From positions 3,844,001 to 3,908,000 of the forward strand of contig CM102283.1 in the NCBI GenBank assembly GCA_046563655.1: a DNA stretch of 64,000 nucleotides. The letters run 5' to 3'. This DNA is from Yuukianura sp. NJ FZ-2021. Lineage: Eukaryota. This document shows, in pieces, positions 50,901 to 63,654 of this stretch; within the stretch, counting starts at the first letter, position 1; the number at the start of each line of letters is the position of its first letter. A program made the translations under genes and the position numbers. Below the pieces are notes generated by a model. That model saw only the letters and a program-made list of their open reading frames with translations. It did no database searches and was not told where the DNA came from.

Positions 50901-52455
50901 CGAACGTTCCCTCTCCTTCTTCTATCACTTCTGCTTTCCAAATTTTCAAATTCTAATTTTCAAAATTTTGAATTTTGCTTTTAATTTTGGTTGATTTACG
51001 TTCGCAAGTGTAAAAGCCGAGGCGGATGAGCCCCTCGACCTTGCTTTTGTAAATTAGCCACACCATGGTCAGGTAGACGCCGTACAGCTAAAGTTCAGGA
51101 CAGTTTTTCAATCATTTTTTTTTTCAAAATTTTGAATTTTTTTTGTTTGAAACTTACGAAATGTAGAATTGCTATGAAAATGACAGCGAGTCGGAGTATG
51201 ACAGTGAAGAGGTTGAGGACGTTTGGCTTGTGGACGAGGACAGGCGCTAGGAACGGAGTGGTCGTGCTTTCAGTTGTCACGACTGACGCATTTCCTCTGC
51301 TTTGTCTCCCTGCCATTGTTCAAAAAGTTTTGAAAAAAGTTAGTTTTTCAAAAACTTGATTCGAAAAGGATCACGTTTTGAAAAAAAGAATTCTATGAAA
51401 AATATCATAGCGAGCGGCTGTCAGCTTTTTTAGAATTATGAAAAAGAAATTGAGGTTTTGTTGTCACCGGAGTTTGTTTATTGGTTTGTGGTGAGCTGGC
51501 ACTTGATTACCATAGTAACCAATAGTTCATTTGAATTTTTGCTTTTTTCGGAACTTTTTTGAAACTGAATTTGAGTTTTTTTTAAATTGAATTTCAGATC
51601 CTACGAAGACTGACATCATAGACAAGTACTTGTCCGAGATTCGACTGAATTTGAAGCAGGAGTGGCCTCTGCACATTCTGTTTTCCGCTGAGTCGATGTC
51701 CGGCTACAACGAAATGTTTCGGTTTCTGCTCCGAGTGCGCAGAATCCAAATCCAACTCAAGATGATCTGGACAGAAACCAAGTCTATCTTCAGAATTCCC
51801 ATCCCCAATGGACCAGCTATTCTCAGGATCAACATGACCTACTTCCTCAACAACTTCCAGTACTACCTCCAGGTCAAACATTTCATAACAATTTAATTTC
51901 CAGATTCATAAAATTTTGAATTTTGATTTGTACTTTAAAGGCTGATGTGCTGGAGAGCCAGTATGCCATGTTGGTAGAAACGATTGAAAAGAGCGACAGA
52001 TTTGACCAGATCAGAATTGCTCTGGCCAAATTCCAAACGAACATCATGGTCCAGTCATTTCGAACAAACCCCGCTGTAAGTAGCTATAATTTTTGAAATG
52101 AACTTTTTTTGAAATTTTTTATTTTTTGTTTTTGTTTTAGTTGAGAGAAGGAATCGAGGAGATGCTTGACCTGATTGGGAAGTTTTGCAAGCACATGGAG
52201 TACTTAATAGAGAAGTTAAATGATGAGGGAATCCCGGTGTGTGAAGGGAGGTCACCGGAAATGGATGAATTGAGTGCAGAGTTCAAAAAGAGAATGGATT
52301 TTCTCTATGCTTCCTTCCGCAGACTGGCTGGTGACCCGCAGTTCGGAGCATACTTGGGTCAACTTCTACTTCGACTCGACTACAACTCTTACTTTTCTAA
52401 GGGAATTCACTCTTTTACTACAGAAAATACTCAACTACAATCTTCCATTACTTAA
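47911..52455 (+). CDS. TUBGCP4: Gamma-tubulin complex component 4
   Basis: MLHELILALNGYPGDLF, LFHPSE, IIKDFNLGGRGELL, WPLHILF..YNEMFRFLLRVRRIQ, FQYYLQ|ADVLESQY, QLLLRLDYNSYF. Confidence 0.93.
49502..49595. repeat. Intronic minisatellite, ~22-bp unit x4
   Basis: AATAAAATGTATTAATT(G/C)ACAT repeated in tandem. Confidence 0.85.
49776..51316 (-). CDS. Uncharacterized multipass membrane protein nested antisense in a GCP4 intron
   Basis: Four exons with GT-AG introns on the minus strand, several hydrophobic helices and a ~200-aa hydrophilic tail. It lies wholly within GCP4 intron 49726-51597. Confidence 0.8.
50389..50599. repeat. Degenerate 7-mer tandem repeat AAAAGT(C/T) filling an intron of the nested gene
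   Basis: Many consecutive AAAAGTC/AAAAGTT/AAAGGT units. Confidence 0.85.
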
Positions 52456-52926
52456 TCACAACTTTGGAACATGGAAGTTCCAATCTGCAATAATTCTAGT
52501 TTACAATTTTACGTTTTCTACAATTTCAGAATTTGAGAATTTGAGAGTTTCATAATCTGTAATACTTTGAATTTGTAGGAGAAAAGATGGAAAATTTTTG
52601 CAAGGAATCCAATTTACTTTTAAGCATTTGCTCTTTTCATTCACACATTTTGTAGTTTTTAGATGAAATTTGTACACTCTCCTACTTAAGATGCTGGTGT
52701 AGGTGAGGGGGTGTTAGGTTTTTAGTCTTGTGGATCCTAGATTTAGTTTTGTAAAAGTAAAAAGTGAAGAAAGAAAGGAAAAGTGAAATTGGATGGAGTA
52801 AATTTAGGGAATGAGATCGTGTTCTCTCTGTTTTTTGTGAGCAGTGCTTTGGTAGAGATCGGATTCAGTTGTAGCTGGGACTAGATGCTAAGAATCTTGA
52901 GTAAAACTAAAATAGAATCTGTGGAA

Positions 52927-52936
52927 CCATATAAGG
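52927..52936 (+). promoter_or_regulatory. CArG box (SRF site) upstream of troponin I
   Basis: CCATATAAGG matches CC(A/T)6GG and lies ~95 bp before the first 5'UTR splice donor of a muscle gene. Confidence 0.6.
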
Positions 52937-53402
52937 ATTCTGTGCGGAGTCTATTTCTGCTCCAGTGAGGCACATTAGACCCACGGCTTCAGAACATCAC
53001 ACTACTTCCTTCCAAACATCACATCACTTGGGTAATAACTACTTTTAAAAGTTCAATTTACTAAGAAGTAGTTTAATTAGTCACTCATTTTAACACCCAA
53101 CTGATTAGTACGTTCAGTTTTTAGTTTTAAGTTTTTAAAGTGAGGAGGAATTGATATTAAAAAGTTGGGTGCTTGACCTACATTGCCGGTCGAATTATTC
53201 CAGAAAGAAAGTTCTAGATTTAGTGTTGCTTTTTGGGGAATTTGAACGCCGAGTATTAAATTTATGAATTTTTGAAAGGAGAAAGTAATTTTGAAATTTA
53301 TTTTGAAAATTATTCTTGTGTGTTTGGTTTTTAGGATACTCGAGGACAGCGGTTTGTAGCTTGGGTTCTTAGGGGACAGTTTGGTAAATTCCTTCAAACA
53401 AA

Positions 53403-56400
53403 ATGGCCGACGACGAGGTAAGGTAAGTAAACTTCACTTTTTACATGGCGCCACGGTTTAAACTCTTTGTCATTTCGTCTATTTTTCTGAAGAGTGAACA
53501 AATAATACATACAAGTTTGGAAATTTTGTCAATTTTTTGAAAAGTCTTTTTGTAATTAGATTGTTTGGAAGTTGTCAAATTTTGTGCTTTTCAGGGTTCA
53601 TTGCAGAGCGTTGTGACCTTTGACCTGTGTGATGTCTCTGTGATCCGGACAAAACTTTTTGTATTTTTGTTGAGATCCATTTTTGAAAAGTGATCGGGTG
53701 ACATTTGTCTCCTCTTTTGAAATTTTGTATTTTTGGGCGGATTCGCCTCGTTTGTCAAACTTTTCTCAAATGTTGGAGATCTTTTTTAACCTTGCATGCC
53801 TTCAACCATTTTCCGTGTTCTAATTTATGTTAAAAAGTTAAGTGGAACTGAATTCTAATTCCTTTTTCTTTTGTTTTTTCAGGCTAAGAGATGGGAAGAA
53901 GTAAACGTCCAGTATTCTGTCTCCACTAACTTAACTTTGACTTAACTTGAGCCTAACATTTAGTTGACTAATTGAATGTTGAAGTGTGTTTTAATTGAAG
54001 GACCGGAAGAAGAAGCAGGCTGCGATGGATGCGAAGAAGGCTGAGGTGCGAGCTCGGTTAGCGGCTGAAGCTGCTGCTGCGAAGGGGAAGAAGGGCTTCA
54101 TGACGCCTGAGCGTAAAAAGAAACTCCGACTTCTGCTCCGCAAGAAAGCCGCAGAAGAGTTGAAGAAGGAACAAGAACGCAAGTCAGCAGAGCGCAGACG
54201 CGTCATTGAAGAGAGATGCGGCAAACCCAAGAACCTCGAAGACGCAAACGAAGGTAACACAAAACATACGCACTTTTTTAAAGTTTCAACTTTCAAAAAT
54301 TTTAGATTTTTAGGAACTTTCAACATTCTGCAATTATTTTATGAATTTTTGATGTTACGGAATTTTGAAAATATTTTGGACACAGAATCAGGGAATATTT
54401 TTCAGTTTGTTCAGGTTCATACAAAAGCTGCCGTGGGAAAAAAGGCCTTAGTTTTTCAAACATTTTGAAAAGTAGTAATTTTGTAAAATTTTGAAGAGGG
54501 CTTTTCAAAAAGTTAATTTGGAAATTGTTACATAAAGGAGCTCTGATAGAACTTTGTGAGCAGTATCACAAGAGGGTTGGTCTTCTGGAAGAGCAAAAGT
54601 ACGACTTCGAGTATGCTGTCAAGCGTAAAGATTTCGAGGTTAGGTTATGGTTTAAACAATTTCAAAATTTAGAACAATTTTTAGAAAAGTTTGCCTGGAA
54701 TTGTGCATGTTCTACACATTTTAGTAGTTACAAGTTCGGTAGAAAGTGGGGCTGCACAGTTTTTAGAACAAAAAGTACAGGTTTGCACAAAAGTCTGAGC
54801 AAATCTTTTGTCTGGTTGAACAACTTTTCAGGTTGCCACTTTTCAACATCGCTCGAATTTTTTTTTACTTTAGGTGTTTCAACATTTAGTAAATTCAAAA
54901 ACTTAAAAACTTGGAGCATGTCGTTTTATAACTTTCTGCATTTTACTTTAATTTGCTTTTCAGTTTCTAAAGTTTTTAAAGTGGAATCTACCGGATTCCG
55001 AGATGTACAGCGTTTGTCAAAAGTCTAAAAAGTGAGTTTAGTTTGGCTCTGATGTTGTTGTATATAAAAATAGAGCAACTTCGAGCAGTCTGCAAAGAGC
55101 ATCATGATCGGATAAGCCAATTGGAGGGAGCCAAGTTTGACTTGGAGTACGCAGTCAAAATTAAGGACCACGAGGTACATTGTACAAAAACAAATGATGC
55201 ATGGACAATTACAAGCATCATGTTGCATCTTGGAACACGCTGTACTTTTCTCCTCCCAAATTAAATTTTAAACAATTAACTTTAAATGTCAGTCATAGCG
55301 TTTCAAAAAGGAGCGGTGAAGTAAAGATCTCCCAAACAAAATTTCGAAATTTAAAAAAAATTCTGGAAAACAATTTTTTTTTTGAAAAACTTAACTTATC
55401 ACCAGAGATTAATTAGTTCATCAACTAATTTGTGACAATCAGTGGGAGGAATTGCATGAAGTTCGGAGCTTAACTTATTTCTTTTAGTTTTCCCTGGCCA
55501 GAGTTTCTGTTTTTTAAAGTTGCGCAAAAGTTGAGTAAAAGTTGACCTCGGTTGGGATTTGAAATTCTTAGGAGATGGAGCTATGCTATTAATAGGCATT
55601 TATTTGCATGAGCTTGTTCTGAACAGGAAGTATTTCAAAATGGCATTCTGCCAAACATTCTCTAAAAACATACCGACTTTTGCAAATTTCTAATGCTAAA
55701 ACTCCCTTCTCTCAAGTATACAGTTCATGACGCCTCTACGAATTTCAAGAAAAAAAGACTTCACTTCCCCCGTGATTCAAAAAACAACTTTTTTGATTTT
55801 GAGAACCGCATTGCATGAATTTCATAACTGAAATGGTAATGTTCAATGTTGCTTCAAATGTTTGTCAACCAAGTACGCCACACAAAACCATTTTTTTTTG
55901 TGTTGGGAGAATTCATAGTTGGAGAATTTCAATTTTTGTTCTATGCATTTTTCCTATCTCATTCCATATCTCAGGCAATGTAATTTTTTGAGTTCAGCGT
56001 GAAAAAGGGTCCAGTTAAAATTGTTTCGTTTAAAAGTTTATCAGGCTGTAAACAACTTCAATGGATTTTTATGAAAAAATGAAATTATTTTTTGAAATAT
56101 GAGAAAATTTATGAAAAAATGAGAAAATGTATGAAAGTAGTTATGGAAAAAGTGGGTTTCTTACTTTGTGTGTCTGTACAGCGGAGTTGCAGACGCTTTG
56201 CAAGGAGTACCATACAAAAATAGGAAAACTAGAAAGTGACAAGTATGACCTCGAATGGACAAACAAAGTCAAAGAACACGAGGTAACTTCTGTTGCGAGG
56301 TCAATTATGCAACACAAAAAGCTTCCTTTTTTCATGCACAACTTTCAAAAAGTATTTACAAACTGAGTTATGTTCAAAGTAGTCGTGCTGTCAAATATTG

Positions 56401-58303
56401 CATTTTGAATTTTACACCCATTAGCTTCAATGTTGTTTTATTTTTGCGGGAACGACTTTTTTTTGGTTTTATACGCAACAAAGAGGTTACCACTTGAGAG
56501 GGAGAAATCAGTCAACGATTTTACTTAATTTTGAAATAATTGTAAAGTTTATTTTAATTAAAGTTAAAATGTTATTATGCAAATTATTTTTGTGATTTAG
56601 AACAACTTAAAGCTGTTCTCAAGCAATATCACGACCGTCTAGAGACATGCGAGTCACAGAAATGGGATTTGGAATATGAAGTGAAAAAGAGAGACTATGA
56701 GGTATTGAACTCCACCAACACATAGGCTCATTTTCAAAATTTTTAAACTTTAAAAAACAGTAGTTTTTAAAAATAGTTTTGAACTTTGACTTTTAACTAG
56801 CAGCATTGTGGGATTATTTAGAACAGAAAAACTCATTTTGACTCGATAATTTTTACGTTAGTCGAGGCCAAAAAACTCAAATTTGCTTTTACACTTTTAC
56901 TGTTTTCTTTTTCTGGAATTTCTTTTGTACGTGTGGCCGCGGTTACCACTGCTGTTGCCACTCACACTTTTTTTAAATTTCAAAAAATCTTCACTTTTCG
57001 CTATCGCCCCCCTCCCTAAACAGCTTTTCGCACAAAATGGAACACCCTTTGGTCCAATTCATGTTCAAAATTTGAAATTTTTTCAAAAAGTTGCTCTTTA
57101 AAAAGTTTACTTGGATGTTGAATTTAGAATCTGGTGGAGAGGGATTTAAATTCGGTCGTCTAATGGGCTAGCAGGGAGTTGATTCATTCTTCTACATTTT
57201 TTGCATCACTTCTGAGATTTCTGTTTCGAAAATTTTCCTACTTGCTGCAGTTTTTTTGAAATTTTGCCAAACTTTTTGGCCTCGTTGCCATCTTTAAAAA
57301 ACTTTTACTTCCATATTCCAAATCCTTACAGTTTAGAAGCAGAGCTTAAAACTTTTTAAGCTTGCTCTTACTGTTCTTTCTCAAATTTACTTTATATTTT
57401 TGAAAATCTTTTCAAAATTTGTATATTTTCCAATTTGGAATGGAGATGAATGAATTCTCTCTCTGCAAAAGCTAGCCTGTTAGAGAGATGATTTTTCAAT
57501 AACAATTTGAGCTTTTTCCGCTTTTTAAGCTCTTTTTCAAAATATTAGTCTCGTTTTTCAAAATTCTTGAAGACACTTTAGAAATTTAGGAATCCAAATT
57601 TTAGCAACTGCTCTGCTAAAAACGCTCTGAAGAAAATACACGTCTGATCAAGTTCAAATTCAGAATTGAATGTAGAAAAAAAAGTAGTCGAACTTTAAAA
57701 AATTAGTTAAGTATTTTTAGAATTGGATTAACTCAGTGCCTCTACTTCCAGAAATTGCACTCTTTGCTAAAACTGCTCTTATGCATAACTGTTTGTGGAT
57801 TTTAAACTTTGTGAAATTGGAGCTTGAGTTTTGAAATTTTGGAATTAGTTGCATGCAGTTTAAGCACGCTTCTTGGAACTTTTTTTCTGTAGAATTTGTG
57901 TTGTGAGCATTTGTACTTTTTAAAAAATTCAAAGTTTTTCTAATATTTTCTTGCAAATCCTTTCAGATCAACGAGCTCAATATCCTTGTGAACGACTTGC
58001 GAGGCAAATTGTGAGTTAATCTTTCAAAAGTTCAAAGTTTTTTTCTAAAAAGTGCTGTGTTTTTCTAAAATGGTGTTTTTGTGTGATTTTAGCGTGAAGC
58101 CCGCCCTCAAAAAGGTTTCCAAGTACGAGAATAAGTTTGCGAAGCTGCAGAAGAAGGCTGCTGAGTTCAACTTCCGGAACCAACTGAAGCAAGTGAAGAA
58201 GAAGGAATTTGAAATGGAGGAAGAAGAGAAGGAGAAGAAGCAAGATGCGAAGCCAGAGTGGGCCAACAAGGGCAAGGGCAAGGAGGAAGTGGAGGCAGCC
58301 TAG
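53403..58303 (+). CDS. wupA: Troponin I with four mutually exclusive internal exons
   Basis: Exons 53403-53417 (MADDE), 53883-53900, 54001-54253 (KKGFMTPERKKKLRLLLRKKAAEELKKEQE), one of 54538-54638 / 55074-55174 / 56182-56282 / 56601-56701, then 57967-58010 and 58093-58303 (VKPALKKVSKYENKF). Confidence 0.96.
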
Positions 58304-59257
58304 TTAATTAACTAATTAGCACTCTGCCCGTTAATTGATTAATTGACTAATTCACTTCTTTCTACTCTCAAGTGTGAGCGACAGTGCTAAACTTCCAGTC
58401 TCCTCATAGCTCGCTCCAAACAAACATTTTCAATCAGGCATCTCCATTCAGCGATATTCTTAATTATTCAATTACAAAATGAGCCCTGCAATAAAGACTC
58501 ACTCTAAATTGTAACACAAAATTAAATCAAAAAGTCTACCAACGAGTCTTCATTTTTCAAAAATTTAACTTTGAATTTAGTATGAATTACAATCATTTCA
58601 TGTAATTTCTAGTCCATGGCTTTCACCAAGTTGCTCGGCGGAAGTGAAAGTTAGAGACGCTCAAGAGAAAGTGAGAACTGAGAAATCTTAATTCAAATCA
58701 GAGTTACAACTACAGATTTTTGCAAAAGAAGCAAAAAAGAACAAAATGTAATAATTCTAATTATATTAGCATATTAACTATCGTTAATTAGACGCAACTT
58801 ATTTATAAAAGAAAGTTATAGGAGAAAGTTGAGGCGAAGATAAATTTTGTGTGTTAGTCTGGGGCGACGTGAGAACTTTCTTTTATGTGGCGCCTTCTTT
58901 TGACACTTCAACACCAATCTGCTCCAATTTTATTTGGGAAATTCAGGTCGTCAATTTTATTCTTCACTTCAATTCTAAACACCTCGTCAATTAACTTTTT
59001 TCTGCTAAGGGCTTACACTAAAAGGTAATTAACAATTCCAGTAATTAAGTAAACAGCCTTCAATTAAGTTGTGCATGTTTTCGCAGATACTGCTGCTGGA
59101 TCTAAGGTCTTTAATCGTAATCATCCAAATCCAAGTGACGAACCATACCAAACTCCGAAGATCATCAAATAAGTAAAGAGCGGCATACGGAAGAGCAAAA
59201 GAAAGTTAATCGATTGAGTCCTGGGCACTTTTCATCCTTTTCCAGAAGTAGTTCAGT

Positions 59258-61249
59258 ATGGCTTCAGCACCATCAGCTGCTGGGCTCTCCTCCGAAGAAT
59301 CAGACAAGAACGTCCAGGTAACTACTAACTAAATTAAGGCATGTACGGAGCTTATCGTTGATTAATCAAAACGCTATTCTTATTTTCTACTTCGTAGGTA
59401 TGGAAAGTGAAGAAACTAATCAGGAGTCTGGAACAAGCAAGAGGAAATGGAACCAGCATGATCAGGTATTCAATTAACTACAATCAAAGTTAATGGTCTC
59501 TACACTTGTGAAAGTTAATCTAATTGATGTGTTTTAGTTTGATTATTCCTCCCAAGTCCCAAATCTCCCAAGTGAGCAAGATGTTGGCAGATGAGTACGG
59601 AACAGCATCCAACATCAAATCAAGAGTCAACAGGTTGTCTGTTCTGGGAGCAATCACTTCGGTCCAGCAGAAGCTCAAACTCTTTTCAAAAGGTAACATC
59701 CAATTACTCTCATCTTAAGTCTTAAGCATCTCATTACTATGAGTAACTGTTATTTTCCAGTACCTCCGAATGGACTTGTTGTATACTGTGGAACCCTTGT
59801 CACGGACGAAGGGAAGGAGAAGAAAGTTAACATTGACTTTGAGCCCTTCAAACCCATCAACACTTCACTCTATTTGTGTGATAACAAGGTCAGGACTAAC
59901 TAATTAAAAACTTAATTAACTAATCAACACTTCCTAATGGTTGGTTTTAGTTCCATACAGAAGCCTTGACCGCCCTCCTAGCAGACGACAACAAGTTTGG
60001 TTTTATTGTTATGGACGGAAACGGGTCACTCTTCGGCACACTTCAAGGGAATACGCGTGATGTGCTGCACAAGTTCACAGTGGACCTGCCAAAGAAGCAC
60101 GGTAAGCCAATCCAGTACTTTGGAAAGTACTGCCAGTATATGTACTGTTTGTTTGTTAGGTCGCGGAGGTCAATCTGCACTTCGTTTTGCTCGTCTTCGG
60201 ATGGAAAAACGACACAACTACGTTCGGAAAGTGGCAGAAGTAGCCACCCAGCTGTTTATTTCTCAAGACAGACCTAATGTCTCTGGCCTAATTCTGGCTG
60301 GATCAGCTGACTTCAAAACGGAACTTGGTGCTTCAGATATGTTTGACCCCGTAAGCTCCTTACAAATCGCTTCAATCGCTTCATTAGTCTAAATGAATTG
60401 TGTTTTCAGCGATTGCAAGCGAAGATTATCAAAATGGTGGACGTTTCTTACGGAGGAGAGAACGGGTTCAACCAGGCCATTGAACTGGCTGCCGAGTCTC
60501 TTCAAAATGTCAAGTTTATTCAAGAGAAGAAACTCATCGGTACAAAAATAATTGAAACTAATTAATTGAAACAATTAATTGAAACCTTAAGACTTTGTTT
60601 TGGATTGACCTTGGTTTTGTGTTTCCCAGGTCGCTACTTTGACGAAATCAGTCAAGATACTGGGAAGTACTGTTTCGGTGTGGAGGATACTTTGAAGGCC
60701 TTGGAATTGGGGAGTGTTGAGACGCTGATCTGCTGGGAGAATCTGGACATTCAGCGATACGTATTAAAAAACCATTCGGCAGGAGAAGAGAAAGTGCTAC
60801 ACTTGAGTGCTGAACAGGAAAAGGACAAGACACATTTCACAGACAAGGAGGTACCTTTTCATGATCTTTCAAAACTAACGGACACTTTTCTGAAATTTAG
60901 CAACTGGAAAACTACTATCGAAATTATATTTTTTAATTTTGGTTTTTAGAGTGGCGTTGAGCTGGAACTTGTTGAGAGTCAAGCTCTGTTGGAGTGGATT
61001 GCCAACAACTACAAGAGTTTTGGTGCCTCGCTAGAAATTATCACAGATCGAAGTCAGGAGGGGTCTCAGTTCGTCCGCGGTTTCGGAGGAATCGGAGGTA
61101 CGTTTTCAAAATTTTGAAAAAGGTCAAAGTTTTTTAAATAGTTAACTCTCATTTTGTGCTTTCCAGGGATGCTTCGTTATAAAGTTGACTTTCAGAGTTT
61201 CCAACTGGATGATTGTGAGGAAGTGGACTTGGATGACCTGGACTACTAA
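59258..61249 (+). CDS. eRF1: Eukaryotic peptide chain release factor 1
   Basis: [54 protein letters not shown]. Confidence 0.98.
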
Positions 61250-61456
61250 GCAAATCCAATCAAGAGAATATAACTTCTGAGGACAACTTTTCAAAACTTC
61301 CAGCATCTTCGTCTTCCAGCGATGTTACGACCAGCATCCGAATTCAACATCACAGTACTAAGGACCAACCATAAACTATTCCTGTCCAAGGCTTCTACAA
61401 AACTACAACCAAGTAAGCATTTTAGCACTATTAGATCACTCCAAAAACTCTAAAGT

Positions 61457-61520
61457 TTAGTACTTGCAAGTACTAATATTTTGTACTTGCAAGTACTAAG
61501 CATTTGTACTTGCAAGTACT
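61457..61520. repeat. Three tandem palindromes GTACTTGCAAGTAC, 23-bp period
   Basis: Copies at 61460, 61483 and 61506. The first extends to a 20-bp perfect palindrome TTAGTACTTGCAAGTACTAA. Confidence 0.9.
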
Positions 61521-62018
61521 GAAATTTGTCAGTTTTATTGGACAATAAAACTTATTTGTTTCATTTCAAAACAACCGTGTGACACTTTTATTCATTTTCA
61601 ATATTGCCAGTTAAAAAAGAATGAGGAGTCAAGTCCAACAACTGAACTTGTTCCATTTTTGATAGCTGTTCTGATTCAATTGATTAACAAATTAACTAAA
61701 CGTCGGCGTAAACATTAATATTATGCAGCACACCTCAAAGCAAGTACAAAGACTTGCTTAAACTGGACTCTGGAATCGGTAGATTCTCAATTTAAACTTA
61801 AACTAAAAAGATTGTAGATGCGTAGGATGTGCGAACAACCGTTATGATACTTCAAAGACGGGCACTAAATGACTTAGAACTTAGAGTTGACCTGTCCTTA
61901 CAATTGGAGTTATCTAATGTGAAAGTGACAGGAGTGGAAAGTTGTACGTTCTAAAAAGTTGGTTCTATTTTCAATTAATTTAAGTTAGTGATTGACGGAG
62001 TTAGGGTGGAGTGTGGGG

Positions 62019-63654
62019 CTAGCCGGAGTAGCGTGACTTTTGTCTCAGTTGATGCATTGCTTCACAGGAAGGGAGAGCCATGTCCTTGGCCTGTCTCAGC
62101 ATCTCCTCATCCCCAAAGTTACGGGCTCTCCATATCATGTGATCCTACAATTAACAATTTATAATTATAACTTGTAATTTCCATAATTTATAACTTATAA
62201 TTTCTATAATTTATTTAAGTTTTTGTGTTACTTTGTAGTTCCTTTGTTTGAAGCATTCGTTCCTTGTGATGGAGACGTACTCTTCTTCTATTCCTGACTC
62301 GAGTCGCTTGACGTTACCCTGGAAGTCATTCGTAAACGTTTCCTTGACGTAGTAGGCCACGTCCAGATCCTGCGTCACTCTCTTCACGTTGTACCTGCAA
62401 CAAAGAGTCAATTAGTAATTGAGATTAACTTTAAGCTTAAGTATGTCCAGTGCCTTACTTCTGAGAGCGACTGAGGGAGTAGACTGGGTCAGAGACGAAG
62501 AATGAGGACAGGAGAGTGACGAGGATGAAGAAGAGGACGGGTAGGAGCTGAAGGGCGACACTGGCGTTGCTCCCTTCTGCTGCTCCACCCTCTCCTTGTT
62601 GTTGTTGGTTACTGTTGCTATAGTAGTACGTAGTTCTTCCTCTCCCTCTACGATACACTCCGTTTGACGGAAAAGTGGAGCCGAAAAACATGTTGAACAG
62701 CTCCTCAGCAGTCATGTCACCTACACATCACATTCACATTGGTCAACTCATGACCTTGCTTGACCTTTTAACTTTCTACTTGGAGGCTTACTTTCGAATC
62801 CGCGCGTGTATCCATTGTTGTACTCGTATCCTTGGTCTTGTTGACTTCTGTAGGAAGAAGCCACATCTGATCCGAACATGTCGTACCTCTTACGTTTCTC
62901 TGGATCGCTCAGAATAGCAAAGGCATTACCGATAGCTGAAAATCAGGAAAAGACGACGGAGTTAAACGAAAGTAGACTGAAAATTGGACATTAGTTGGCT
63001 AGTGAAGTACCTTTGAAAGCTTCTCCGGCTCCTGGAGCCTTGTTCTTGTCCGGATGGAATTGAAGAGCTAGTTTCCTGTAAGACTTTTTCAAGTCTGTAT
63101 CAGTTGCCTCTTTCTTGACGTTCAGGATTTCATAGTAGTCTTTGGATCCCTTGATTCTAAAAATCAAACATGTTAAAATGTGACTGCGGAAAGAGTTTAA
63201 GTGGGTCTCACTTCCTGACGGCTAAAACTTGTTCTTCAGTGTACTCCGAACCACATGATTTGCTCTCCGAACTTTTTCCACTTGCACCACCTGACCCTGC
63301 AAATCAAAACGTCAGTTAAACGTTTAACACTTTCTTCCAGCGTTTAATTTCCTTTACCCCTGCGTCCTCCTGACTCAGTCCGTTTTCTGGTCTCGGCCGT
63401 CGTAGCAGTGCTCTGTGATTCACCCAGTTTACTCAGCAACGTCAGCAGATCTGGAGACACAGTAATAAGTTAATTGACACTTTAATTAGTTTAGTTACTT
63501 TAATTAGTTTTGAGTGATTACCTTGAGCCTTTTGCGTAGAGTAGAGCCTTTCGGCCTTGTTGAGGAGCCGTTGAGCCTTGGCTCGATCACCCGAATTGAA
63601 AGCTTCTTGTGCCAGGTCAATGCAGCGTTCAGCCTCATCTTTATTCCCTTCCAT
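62019..63654 (-). CDS. DNAJB12: DnaJ homolog subfamily B member 12/14
   Basis: [13 protein letters not shown] domain with [30 protein letters not shown] helix, DUF1977-like YYVKETF..IEEEYV..LPSCE. Confidence 0.94.

Noticed and set aside
52907..52915. MEF2 site next to the CArG box
   Set aside because: CTAAAATAG is one base short of YTA(W)4TAR.
61457..61520. CRISPR array
   Set aside because: Eukaryotic context, 14-bp repeats with 9-bp spacers, and no cas genes.
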